Below are positions 1 through 8,711 of a DNA stretch of 64,000 nt, in pieces. The position numbers and the translations under genes were made by a program. The notes beneath the pieces were generated by a model that saw only the letters and a program-made list of their open reading frames with translations, was not told where the DNA came from and did not search any database. Location: NCBI GenBank assembly GCA_964428355.1, contig CAYRYU010000010.1, forward strand, positions 39,334 to 103,333, written 5' to 3'. Numbering within the stretch: the stretch's first letter is position 1; each line of letters opens with the position of its first letter. Source of the DNA: an uncultured bacterium. Lineage in GTDB: Bacteria; Muiribacteriota; Ozemobacteria; Ozemobacterales; Ozemobacteraceae.

Positions 1-74
1 GCCATGGAGGGTTGCGTGCGGGGGCGCCCAGCCCCGGTCTCGCCAGGAGGCCGAATTCAGGTTGGGTTACGATT

Positions 75-575
75 CTATTCGGGTGCAGCGGTTTCCTGGG
101 TTTCCAGCTTCGAAATGGCCCTGTTCAGGGCTTCCTGCTCGAGGAACAGGCCGGACATCTCCTCCTGAAGGTCAGCCGCCTCCTGCTTTTGTGCGGCGGA
201 AACGGTTTCGGGGTTCGCCTTCGCCAATTCCTCGGTCTGGACCCTGAGCTCTGCCACCCTTGAATCGACCTGGGAAAGGCGGGTGCGGAGTTCCTCGACA
301 GGCCTCAGCAGCAGGGAGCCCACGAGTGCCTCGATTTTTTCCTCACGCGCCCGGATTTCCGGACCGAATGTCTGTTCTATCCTCTCAGCGTCCTCCTGCG
401 CGGCTTTCAGGGTCTCATCGGCCTTCCTGTTCAGTGCGTCCAGCTTCCTCAGCATCTCATCGGAGGAATCTGAGGCATTTCCAGGAGTGTCACCCGAAAC
501 CGGCCCGAAGGGGAATCCGATGAAAAGGAGGAGGAGAAGTCCCAGTGCAGGGCAATTCTTAACCATCGTTTCCAT
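75..575 (-). CDS. Secreted coiled-coil protein (hypothetical); start moved to internal Met
   Basis: ORF 75..614(-). The internal start METMVKNCPALGLLLLLFIGFPFGPVSG is preceded by GGGAGG 6 nt upstream and encodes a signal-peptide-like N-terminus. The rest is Glu/Ala/Leu/Arg-rich heptad-like sequence (coiled coil, OmpH/Skp-like composition). Confidence 0.5.
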   Translation of the reverse strand: METMVKNCPALGLLLLLFIGFPFGPVSGDTPGNASDSSDEMLRKLDALNRKADETLKAAQEDAERIEQTFGPEIRAREEKIEALVGSLLLRPVEELRTRLSQVDSRVAELRVQTEELAKANPETVSAAQKQEAADLQEEMSGLFLEQEALNRAISKLETQETAAPE

Positions 576-770
576 TTCAAACCTCCCTTCCCCGGAAATT
601 ATAGCATTCTTCAAAATCCCTCGCAGATCTTGGGGCAGTCTGAAGTGCGATTGCCCTGGGGATGGACTCGAGATGGAAAGAAAACCGCGTTTGGGGTATC
701 CTTTCGGTGGACGTTTCCGGGATCCCGGGTCCGCCCGGAGCCTGGAGGCAATTTCCCAGGGAGGCTAACG

Positions 771-2045
771 ATGGCCAAGGCGAAAGTTGCGATCCTCAAA
801 ACCTCACCCGCACGTGTCCTTTCAGACTATCACGAACTGATGAACCTCGCGGGGTACCGCGAGGTGATTTCCCCCGACGCCGAAACAGGACTCAAGATCA
901 ACATCTCCTGGCATTTCTTCTACCCTGGTGCATCGACCACTCCCTGGCAGCTCGAGGGTGTCATCCGGGCCATGAAAGGGGACGGGTACGACCCGAAGAA
1001 AATCCATGCCTGCCACAATCGGACGGTGGTGATCGATGCCCACCTGGGGGAGCGGCAGAACAAGCAGGTCAACGTCGTTGAGGCCCATGGGCTGAAGAAT
1101 GTGCACCTGTACGAAGGCGGGGAAGAATGGATCGACGTTCGGGAAGCGGTGGGTGACCTGACGAAGGAGTTTCTCTGCCTCAACGAGGTCTACCCGAACG
1201 GTTTCATGATTCCACGCAGGTTCAAGGGGGAAAACATCGTTCACCTTCCGACGGTAAAGACCCATATCTTCACCACCATGACCGGGGCGATGAAGAATGC
1301 CTTCGGGGGGCTTCTGAACGAACACCGCCACTGGACCCATCCCGTCATCCACGAAACGCTCGTGGATCTGCTGATGATCCAGAAGAAGATCCATCGGGGA
1401 GTCTTCGCGGTCATGGATGGAACCTTTGCCGGGGACGGCCCGGGGCCCCGGTGCATGATCCCCCATGTGAAGAACGTCCTTCTTGCCTCATCCGACCAGG
1501 TGGCGATCGACGCGGTTGCGGCCAAGTTGATGGGCTTTGATCCCCTGCGCGATGTGAAGTTCATCCGGTTGGCGCATGAAAAGGGCCTCGGATGCGGTGA
1601 TCCGAGGGATATCGAGATCGTTGGCGACCGCGAAGCCGCCGAACAGAACTGGAACTTCGAGGGGCCGTTCAAGCACATGACTTTCGCTTCAAGATATCAA
1701 CACAAGATCTACTGGGGGCCCCTGAAAGGACCGCTGGAATGGTCACTGAAGACCTGGCTCGCTCCCTGGTCATACGTCGCCTCGGTGGTCTACCACGATC
1801 TCTTCTGGTACCCGATCTACGCGAAGAACCATCTGAAGCGGATGATGAAAAGCCCATGGGGAAGGCTCTTCGCCAACTGGGAGAAGGTCTCTCCCCTGGC
1901 CGATGGAAATGGCTTCCCAGAGCTTGGCGAGGCTGATCCAAAATCCCTCAGGATCGATTACCGGCATTTCCTGGAAGGATTGCGGTTGGTGGGAATGGCA
2001 GTGGCGGAATCCCCGGAGTTCAAGCCAAAACAAAAATCCCGCTAG
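771..2045 (+). CDS. DUF362 domain-containing protein
   Basis: ORF 630..2045. Likely start ATG 771 (MAKAKVAILKTSP) with AGGGAGG 6 nt upstream. MAKAKVAILK..., the HLPTVKTHIFTTMTGAMKN segment and the Gly-rich DGTFAGDGPGP region are typical of DUF362 family proteins. Confidence 0.55.
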   Translation: MAKAKVAILKTSPARVLSDYHELMNLAGYREVISPDAETGLKINISWHFFYPGASTTPWQLEGVIRAMKGDGYDPKKIHACHNRTVVIDAHLGERQNKQVNVVEAHGLKNVHLYEGGEEWIDVREAVGDLTKEFLCLNEVYPNGFMIPRRFKGENIVHLPTVKTHIFTTMTGAMKNAFGGLLNEHRHWTHPVIHETLVDLLMIQKKIHRGVFAVMDGTFAGDGPGPRCMIPHVKNVLLASSDQVAIDAVAAKLMGFDPLRDVKFIRLAHEKGLGCGDPRDIEIVGDREAAEQNWNFEGPFKHMTFASRYQHKIYWGPLKGPLEWSLKTWLAPWSYVASVVYHDLFWYPIYAKNHLKRMMKSPWGRLFANWEKVSPLADGNGFPELGEADPKSLRIDYRHFLEGLRLVGMAVAESPEFKPKQKSR

Positions 2046-2197
2046 AAGGGGGCGTTTGCGATGCGCCATCCGGGCTGCAAACGCCCACTTCCCGCATCGT
2101 GCGGGTCGGGTCCCCGAAACACTCGCCCGGGGGGCGCAGCCGGCGGAGGCCGCAGGGGAGGGGACCTGCCGGGGGTTTCCGGGGAGTTTCTGGTGGG

Positions 2198-2812
2198 TCA
2201 GACTTCCTGCAGGAGCAGGTGTTTGCAGTGGCGGATGACTCCCGCCCAGTTGTCCAGGGGGGCGGGCCGGTCGAGCAGGACCTCCTCGATCGCCATCGCT
2301 GCCTGAACGGCAAAGAGATTTGCCGGGACCTTTCCCACAGTCATCCCCATTCCGGGGACAACAATACTTTCGATGTGGTCTGATACCTTCTCGCCGTTCT
2401 CGAAACTTCCGAATTTCCAGAGATGAAGGATTCCCCTCATGGCAAGGTAGGGGTTCACGGTATCCCTTGGGAGAGGCATGGGAATCCGCATGACCGGTGC
2501 GGAAATCAACCAGGGGATTCCCGGATTGTTGGTGGGAATGATATCAGCCTGGCCGATCAGCATTTCGCCATGATAACGCCGTTTGATCAGGGCCTGGAGC
2601 CGCTTGGGGAGATCCTCGCCGAAATGTTCGGCATAGCTCAGGTCGACCCCTTCGTCCATCATCCCGAAGCAATTCCCGGGGCTGACGATGGCGTCCCTTT
2701 GCAGGGAGGTGAATTCCCCCCGCAGGACTTCGACATTGTCGAATTTTCCAAGGTATCTTCGCCAGATTTCGGAAGTTTCGAAACGCTGGGATAGAAACGA
2801 GAGCTTCAGCAT
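2198..2812 (-). CDS. Macro-like (Macro_2-type) domain protein, putative ADP-ribose-binding/processing
   Basis: ORF 2198..2890(-). Start MLKLSF at 2812 is supported by GGAGAGG upstream. Motif AIVSPGNCFGMMDEGVDLSYAEHFG resembles the macro-domain A-I-V-N-x-x-N-x-x-G-x-M-G-x-G-V signature. Confidence 0.4.
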   Translation of the reverse strand: MLKLSFLSQRFETSEIWRRYLGKFDNVEVLRGEFTSLQRDAIVSPGNCFGMMDEGVDLSYAEHFGEDLPKRLQALIKRRYHGEMLIGQADIIPTNNPGIPWLISAPVMRIPMPLPRDTVNPYLAMRGILHLWKFGSFENGEKVSDHIESIVVPGMGMTVGKVPANLFAVQAAMAIEEVLLDRPAPLDNWAGVIRHCKHLLLQEV

Positions 2813-3057
2813 GGTCCAAACCTCTCCGGAAAAAGGATCCGCAGTTCCTGTCACTATCCGGGAAGGGGAAAATCCACCTCCCGGGGGCATTGGAACAATG
2901 TATCATGGCCCCAGCCCCGTGACAAGAAAACTTTAGCTCAGGGATGGAAGCGCTCGGGATGGGGGACCCGGTCACTCATCGATCGTGGATACCTCCCCCT
3001 GACGCAGGTGGTTGAAATGTGCTAGATTGATGCAATCAAGGAGGAACCGGAAAGCGA

Positions 3058-4194
3058 ATGGCATACTTCAGGATCGAACCTATCGAGTCGGGGTATCTCC
3101 AGATGGTCGTAGAAGGATCGGTCACCAGGAACGACCAGGACATCTTCAAGGCAATGTCCTCTCTTTCGAAGAAGCGGAGCCCAGTGATACTCAACCTCTC
3201 CGATTTGAGAAGCGGATGCCAGGAGTTCTTCGGTTTCATCCAGGAGCTTTCGCTTCGGACCCCGATCAAGGTGGTTTCCGGAAACCAGGAGGTTGTCCAG
3301 AGTTGCGTCCAGAACGGGATAAGCTCATTCGCAACCTTGAAAAATGCAGTCGTTTCGCAAGCGGGAGACGAAACCCTCAAGAAGATCTCCCTTGCGCTCA
3401 GGGACTTTCCGATCCTGAACGTGGAAGCCTACCAACTGGCGGTCTATATTTCGACCCAGGACGCCAATTTCCCTGACCTGGAGGTCAAGGTCCGCAGGAA
3501 TCCCAATCTGGCCGGTCAAATACTGAGGCTGGCGAATACCGCTTTCTTCCTCCGGTCGGGAAAAGCCGAAACCCTTCACCAGGCTTTCATCGTCCTCGGC
3601 TTTGCGAACCTCCGCCAGATTTTCTTGTACAATTTTTATAATAGTGTCAGTTCGCTTTTCAAGGCGCAAAAGGAAGTCATCGACCATGGCAGAAGGTGCG
3701 CACTGGTGGCCGATTTTATTGCCCGGTCGGCTGGGAGCAAGCCGGAAGAATGCGCCCGGGTTAGGATAGGTGCGCTTCTTCACGACATCGGCAAGCAGGT
3801 GCTCTCGTTCCTTTTCCCCGGCCAGTATGAAAAGGTCACCCCACTGGCCCGCCAGAAGAAGATCGACACGGCGGATTCCGAACGCCTGCTTTTCGGAGTC
3901 GACCATCAGGCCGTTGGGAGCATGGTCTGCCACAGGTGGAATTTCCCCACCTACCTTTCCGACATCATCGGGGACCACCATTTCCTGTCCGTTTCCAGGT
4001 GGAACGATCTCACCCTTCCCGTGTTCGTGGCCAACAACTTCGTCAACGATCTCGATCAGGAGCCATATCAGAGCTATTTCCAGAAGCTCGAATCCTACTT
4101 CGCCCTGAAGAAGAAGACCCTCCCTTGGAAAAATGTCCCCCTGGAACTGAAGCACCACCTGGAATCGCAACCCGACGTTTTTTCAGCCTCCTGA
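3058..4194 (+). CDS. HDOD domain signalling protein with N-terminal STAS-like domain
   Basis: 378 aa. The C-terminal half (RNPNLAGQILRLANTAFF..., HDIGKQVL, GVDHQAVGSMVCHRWNFP) matches HDOD (HD-related output domain). The N-terminal about 120 aa resemble an anti-sigma-antagonist fold. Confidence 0.6.
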   Translation: MAYFRIEPIESGYLQMVVEGSVTRNDQDIFKAMSSLSKKRSPVILNLSDLRSGCQEFFGFIQELSLRTPIKVVSGNQEVVQSCVQNGISSFATLKNAVVSQAGDETLKKISLALRDFPILNVEAYQLAVYISTQDANFPDLEVKVRRNPNLAGQILRLANTAFFLRSGKAETLHQAFIVLGFANLRQIFLYNFYNSVSSLFKAQKEVIDHGRRCALVADFIARSAGSKPEECARVRIGALLHDIGKQVLSFLFPGQYEKVTPLARQKKIDTADSERLLFGVDHQAVGSMVCHRWNFPTYLSDIIGDHHFLSVSRWNDLTLPVFVANNFVNDLDQEPYQSYFQKLESYFALKKKTLPWKNVPLELKHHLESQPDVFSAS

Positions 4195-4247
4195 AGGGGT
4201 TGGACCTCCCCCGGCTCGGGAAAAGGCGGGCCGGATCCGGGTCCGGA

Positions 4248-4535
4248 TCACAGGCCTTCCACGATGAACGCTTTCGTCCTTGCAGCCCTGCTTCGGAGCT
4301 CCCGGGCCTTCGAATACTCGGGGGAGTTCCACCAGCGGCGTGCCTCCTCCACGCTTCCGAATTCGATCATCACGAGGCGGTTGGGGTTGATGTCCCCCTC
4401 CAGTATCTCGGCTCTTCCGCCTCGAACCAGGGGCTTTCCGCCGTATAGCCTAATGGTGGGCGCCCCTGCAGCCTTGTACTCTTCATAAACCTCACGATCA
4501 AGGACTTCGATATCCAGAATGACGTACGCGGACAT
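4248..4535 (-). CDS. DUF1330 domain protein
   Basis: The ORF track gives 4248..4769(-), but that upstream part overlaps the next gene. The true start MSAYVILDIEV at 4535 has GGGAGG 4 nt upstream. This gives 95 aa with the YEEYKAAGAP...GSVEEARRWWNSPEY motif of the DUF1330 family. Confidence 0.6.
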   Translation of the reverse strand: MSAYVILDIEVLDREVYEEYKAAGAPTIRLYGGKPLVRGGRAEILEGDINPNRLVMIEFGSVEEARRWWNSPEYSKARELRSRAARTKAFIVEGL

Positions 4536-4555
4536 GGTTCCTCCCTTCGGTTCCT

Positions 4556-5350
4556 TCAGGCCTTCATAAGCTCGACTGTAATCTCGGTTCCGGGCCCCAA
4601 CCCGAGAATCCGATGCGCGTTTCCCATGACCACTGCCACCTCTACGAAACCATGGCTTCCGATCAGGCAGACGACTGCCCCCGGAGGATGATCCCCGTAG
4701 GTTTTTGCGGCCGGAAGCCGTCTTCCTCCGATAATCCCGATCCATTCGTTCCCGGCAACGAATCCGCAAGGGACGTTCGAGATGAGGTTGCCGAAATGAT
4801 CCGCGTACCGGATCCTGCCCCGGCAGGTGTTGCCTTCGATTCGAAGGGGTTCCTCCTCCAGAAATACGAGGGATTCTGTGGGAACGGGTCTCCCGAGGTG
4901 CTCCAACCTGGTTCCGCGCGCCAGATGTGCCGCGACCGGGGCAAGGATGTCTCGTCCGTGGAAGGTGTTTGACGGAGCGGGGGTTCCCCAGAAACGGGAC
5001 TCCGAAAGCTCGGCAGCCGCCAATGCCGGAGAACCACGGATCACATCGGAGAAGATGCCGTTGTCCGGACCGACGAGGAACCCCTCGCGGATACGGATCG
5101 CTATGCAGCGGCGACTTCCGCCCACTCCAGGGTCAACGACCGCACAGTGAACCGTTTCCCGTGGAAAGAAGGGAACCGCCAGCGCAAGGGAAAGGGACCC
5201 CTTGCGGATATCCTGGGGGGGAATTCCGTGGGAGATGTCGACGGTTCGGATCCTGGGATCGATCCGGGCAATCACGCCCTTCAAGATCCCCACATACGGA
5301 TCATCCGACCCGAAATCCGTAAGGAGCGTAACGAGTCTTCGCCCGGCCAA
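4556..5350 (-). CDS. SAM hydroxide adenosyltransferase family protein (DUF62)
   Basis: 264 aa. N-terminal LTDFGSDDPYVGILKGVI, followed by VVDPGVGG and a C-terminal beta-barrel region, is the DUF62 chlorinase/fluorinase-like SAM-cleaving fold. Its start abuts the stop of the upstream gene at 5353. Confidence 0.7.
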   Translation of the reverse strand: MAGRRLVTLLTDFGSDDPYVGILKGVIARIDPRIRTVDISHGIPPQDIRKGSLSLALAVPFFPRETVHCAVVDPGVGGSRRCIAIRIREGFLVGPDNGIFSDVIRGSPALAAAELSESRFWGTPAPSNTFHGRDILAPVAAHLARGTRLEHLGRPVPTESLVFLEEEPLRIEGNTCRGRIRYADHFGNLISNVPCGFVAGNEWIGIIGGRRLPAAKTYGDHPPGAVVCLIGSHGFVEVAVVMGNAHRILGLGPGTEITVELMKA

Positions 5351-5352
5351 TT

Positions 5353-8300
5353 TCAGTCCCCCCTTTCATTGATCCATGCGGTTGGGGTCGAAAGCCCTTG
5401 CCGGTTTCCGCTTCCGAGGTCGCTGATCTGCGAAAAGAAGCGGTCGGTGAAGTTGTTTGACCCCTCGAGCAGGAAATCCTGGAGGTCCTTTGCGGCCTGG
5501 TCCTTCATCGGGTGGCTGAGATTCTGGAAAACAAGGAACCTCTGGGTCAGAAAGCCTTTGTTCCAAAGGAGGTTCGGGCCGAACTCCTCGATGGTGCGTG
5601 CCAGCATCACGGGCCCGACCTTGCCCGCCAGATCCAGGGTGGCCAGCTTCCGGAGCTCCTCGCATTGGAAGAGAAACAGGGGTTTCCCCAGCGCCTCCAG
5701 CAGAATGTTCGCGCTCTTGGATGACGAGCCCCCCATTTCGACGGCGAGGTTGAAGCTCTGGACGAGGATCGGCTCGACCGTGAAGTTCGGGGCTCGGGCG
5801 GTCCGAAAAGCTTCCGCCAGCAACCCCGCGGCAAGGTCAGGGTTTCCGCGCCGGAAGGCGAGGCGTGCCTCGAGCAGTCTCTTCTCGAGCGGAAGCTGGT
5901 TTTCGATGTCGTCAAGAAACGGTCTGGCCCTGTCATCTCCCAGATCGGCGAATGCCTGCGCAAGAAGGGCAATCTCGACAGGATGGGTGGATGAAGCCCC
6001 ATCCTCGGGAAGGAAGCGGCGGACACCCTGGAGGTCACCGCCCAGAACGGCTTTCAAAGCCTGGATGTGTGGCGTCAGCGCGGGATCCTGGCTGTCGGGA
6101 AGCTGCTCGGGGTCCATTCCGCAGAAGAGCTGGATGAAAGGCTGAAGGCCCGTTTCATCGGGATCCAGGATTCCGTCCACCAGAGGTGGTTTGGACATCC
6201 CGAGCTGCCGGGCGGTGTTCCCGATGGTTTGGATGCCAACCGAATCAGGATTTCCCAGTGTCCTGGCGAAACCGTACTCGAGGATCATGTGATCGTCGGT
6301 GTTCAGGGTTTCGATCATTCTGGCCGGTTCACCCATCGTCCGAAGGAAGGAGGAGTTTGCCAGGTAGTTTCCGTATAGCCCCTCGGGTCCCCGGGCATGC
6401 CACGCTTTCCACATCGCTTCTTTGAACAGGGGAAGCTCCAGACGCTCCCCGACCTTGATCAGCGAATGCCGGATCGGATCGATCGAGCAGGTCAAGAGCA
6501 GATCGCAAGCGCTGGTCTGCCAGACCTCGACGTGCGGGAATACCGAGGAGACGGTGGCGAAGATGATCCCTATCGTTTCGGAATCGACCTCGTATGCCTG
6601 GACCCATTGGGAAAAAACTCCTCCCGGCCTGAGCCTGCCGATGACGGCCTGGTAGAATTCCCGTGTAAAAAGCGTGGAGACGCCTGCCCGGAAAGGGTTT
6701 GACGGTTCGGAAACAATCAGGTCGTATTTCCCGGGAGTGGTGAGAAGCACTTCGCGGGCATCTCCGAAGACGAGGTTGACCTTGGGATTCCGCAGGACCT
6801 CGCAGTTGATCTGGGAACACCGGGAAGCCACCTCCACGGTCCGCTCCTCCAGCTCGACTATGTCGACCTTTTCCATTCCAGGCACAGCTCCCAACCAGCC
6901 CCCGGTCGATCCGGTTCCCAGCCCGATCACGAAAGCCCGGCGGGGGTCGGGGTGCAGGATTGCTCCGACGATCCCGAGCATGATCTGCGTGCCGGCATCG
7001 CCCAGGGCGTTTCCGTCGATCTTCCCGTTGATGACGAAGGCAAGGCCGTTGGCGCAAGTCAGTCCCACGCAACTCTCCTTCCCATCGGCCTCCCAGATGA
7101 CGGATCGTTTTCGGAAGTTCACCCAGTTGCGGATCTGTGAAACCGTTTTCCCCGCAAGTTTTTCGCGGCCCGTTCCAATCTGGCTGTGGCGCCAAACCAC
7201 AGTGGGACCTTCGGCCGCAAGAAAGATCCCGACCAGGGCCAGGACTGCGATGGTTCCTGAGAGTCCCCGAACGGTTCTGCGCCCAGGGGATTCCGATATC
7301 GCCGTGAACAGGGAAAGCCCAGCGAGGCCCAGGACGGCCAGCTTCCAGCAGCCCGTCGCGGATGCCAGGGCGATGAGGCCAAACCCCCCCGCCAGCGATC
7401 CTGCAACCGCTCCGAGGGTGTTCGCGGCATACACGATTCCGACCTGTTGCGCGATCCCTTCTTTTCCGCGGCCCACTATTCCAAGCAGAAGAGGGAACTG
7501 GATCCCTGAAACGAAGGCTGCGGGAAGGATTACGATCGAAATGACCGCGTTCCAGCCGAGAATCTTTCCGAAAAATCCAAGTCCGTCCAATGGCTCCAGC
7601 AGACCTAGCAGGATGGCGACTCCATCCCCAAGCCAGAACGGGAAGGCAAGAGCCGCGGCCTCGAGCGCGCAGGTCAAGGAAAACCCGCGCCAGGTAGGTA
7701 TTCGCTCCTCGCTCCGAAAGGAGTATGCGAAACCTCCGAGGCCGATCCCCAACAGCGCTGAAGCCAGGACCATCCCGAAGGCGAAGACCGAACCTCCCAG
7801 CAAAGGCGCGAGCATTCTGTACCAGACAGTCTCCATCAGGAAGAAGGCGAACCCCGTCACGAATGCCGCGAAAACTGCGCTCCAGATCGAGGTTTCTTCC
7901 TTTTGGGAAGCACCCTGGTCCGGTTTCCCGGAAGGAAGCCCGGAGGCTTCCGCGGCTTGAGATGGGCTCACGGGAGTTTCGACGCCGGTTCCCCCGGCAG
8001 CTCGGGCGCAGAGTCCCACGAAGAGGTTGAACCCGGCCGCAAGGAACAGGGATCTCCTCAGACCGAACGTTTCCAGCAGCCAGAATGTGGTCAGTGAAGC
8101 TCCCAGGACCGCTCCAAGGGTGTTCGAACCATAGATGACGGCCGATCCCGTCCTCCCGCTGTCTTTGGAGGACTGCCCCGCTTTGAGCGCGGCAGGGAGG
8201 GTGCCTCCCATCAAAAATGTGGGGACTCCGAGAACGAGCGCTGAAAGCAGGCCACGCACCGCCGCACCTCCCGCAGACCCGAGGGTCGCGGTTCCCCCCA

Positions 8301-8601
8301 GCCAGAGGTAGACCGCCCGGACGCCCTCGAGGAGGAAGGGGGAAAGCATCGCTGAGGCGGCTATTCCCAGCTCGAGGTTTCCGTAGAGCCTGAGAGGGCT
8401 GGGACTGCGTTCGCCCAACCTTCCGAGAAACAGGCTCCCCAGTCCGAGGCCGGCCATGAAGATGGCGACCACGGCCGAGCATGCCGCGGTCGATGTCCCG
8501 AAAACGAGACGGAGCTCCTGGAACCAAACGACCTGGTAGATCAGGCCGCACATTCCGCTGAGGAACAGAAAGATGGAGGTCAGGACGAGGCCCGGTCTCA
8601 T
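5353..8601 (-). CDS. Fused MFS-type membrane domain / spermidine-synthase-like (PABS) protein with C-terminal helical-repeat region
   Basis: 1082 aa. About 500 aa of polytopic membrane segments (Gly/Ala/Leu-rich helices). A class-I methyltransferase/PABS-like core follows (VFVIGLGTGSTGGWL ... DIVELEERTVEVAS ... DLIVSEPSNPFRAGVSTLFTREFY ... GGVFSQW). Then about 350 aa of Leu/Ala-rich repeats. Confidence 0.7.
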   Translation of the reverse strand: MRPGLVLTSIFLFLSGMCGLIYQVVWFQELRLVFGTSTAACSAVVAIFMAGLGLGSLFLGRLGERSPSPLRLYGNLELGIAASAMLSPFLLEGVRAVYLWLGGTATLGSAGGAAVRGLLSALVLGVPTFLMGGTLPAALKAGQSSKDSGRTGSAVIYGSNTLGAVLGASLTTFWLLETFGLRRSLFLAAGFNLFVGLCARAAGGTGVETPVSPSQAAEASGLPSGKPDQGASQKEETSIWSAVFAAFVTGFAFFLMETVWYRMLAPLLGGSVFAFGMVLASALLGIGLGGFAYSFRSEERIPTWRGFSLTCALEAAALAFPFWLGDGVAILLGLLEPLDGLGFFGKILGWNAVISIVILPAAFVSGIQFPLLLGIVGRGKEGIAQQVGIVYAANTLGAVAGSLAGGFGLIALASATGCWKLAVLGLAGLSLFTAISESPGRRTVRGLSGTIAVLALVGIFLAAEGPTVVWRHSQIGTGREKLAGKTVSQIRNWVNFRKRSVIWEADGKESCVGLTCANGLAFVINGKIDGNALGDAGTQIMLGIVGAILHPDPRRAFVIGLGTGSTGGWLGAVPGMEKVDIVELEERTVEVASRCSQINCEVLRNPKVNLVFGDAREVLLTTPGKYDLIVSEPSNPFRAGVSTLFTREFYQAVIGRLRPGGVFSQWVQAYEVDSETIGIIFATVSSVFPHVEVWQTSACDLLLTCSIDPIRHSLIKVGERLELPLFKEAMWKAWHARGPEGLYGNYLANSSFLRTMGEPARMIETLNTDDHMILEYGFARTLGNPDSVGIQTIGNTARQLGMSKPPLVDGILDPDETGLQPFIQLFCGMDPEQLPDSQDPALTPHIQALKAVLGGDLQGVRRFLPEDGASSTHPVEIALLAQAFADLGDDRARPFLDDIENQLPLEKRLLEARLAFRRGNPDLAAGLLAEAFRTARAPNFTVEPILVQSFNLAVEMGGSSSKSANILLEALGKPLFLFQCEELRKLATLDLAGKVGPVMLARTIEEFGPNLLWNKGFLTQRFLVFQNLSHPMKDQAAKDLQDFLLEGSNNFTDRFFSQISDLGSGNRQGLSTPTAWINERGD

Positions 8602-8711
8602 CGATTTCTCCCCAAATCCGCATTCGGTTCAGGGGCGATTATATCATCCGGAAATCCTGGGCGGGAATTCATTTGCGTCCTGGTTGGCGGGGAGATAGAA
8701 TTCATTCGGAT

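Noticed and set aside
2050-2086. Perfect 10-bp inverted repeat GGGCGTTTGC...GCAAACGCCC with 17-nt loop between convergent genes
   Set aside because: No flanking T/A tract on either strand and a long loop. Could be a weak bidirectional attenuator but not supportable as a terminator.
6329-8623. 764-aa minus-strand ORF in an alternate frame overlapping the MFS/spermidine-synthase gene
   Set aside because: Extreme Arg/Pro/Gly composition (RGRxxGR runs) typical of off-frame translation in GC-rich DNA. The co-located 5353..8601 frame has coherent TM helices and a methyltransferase fold.
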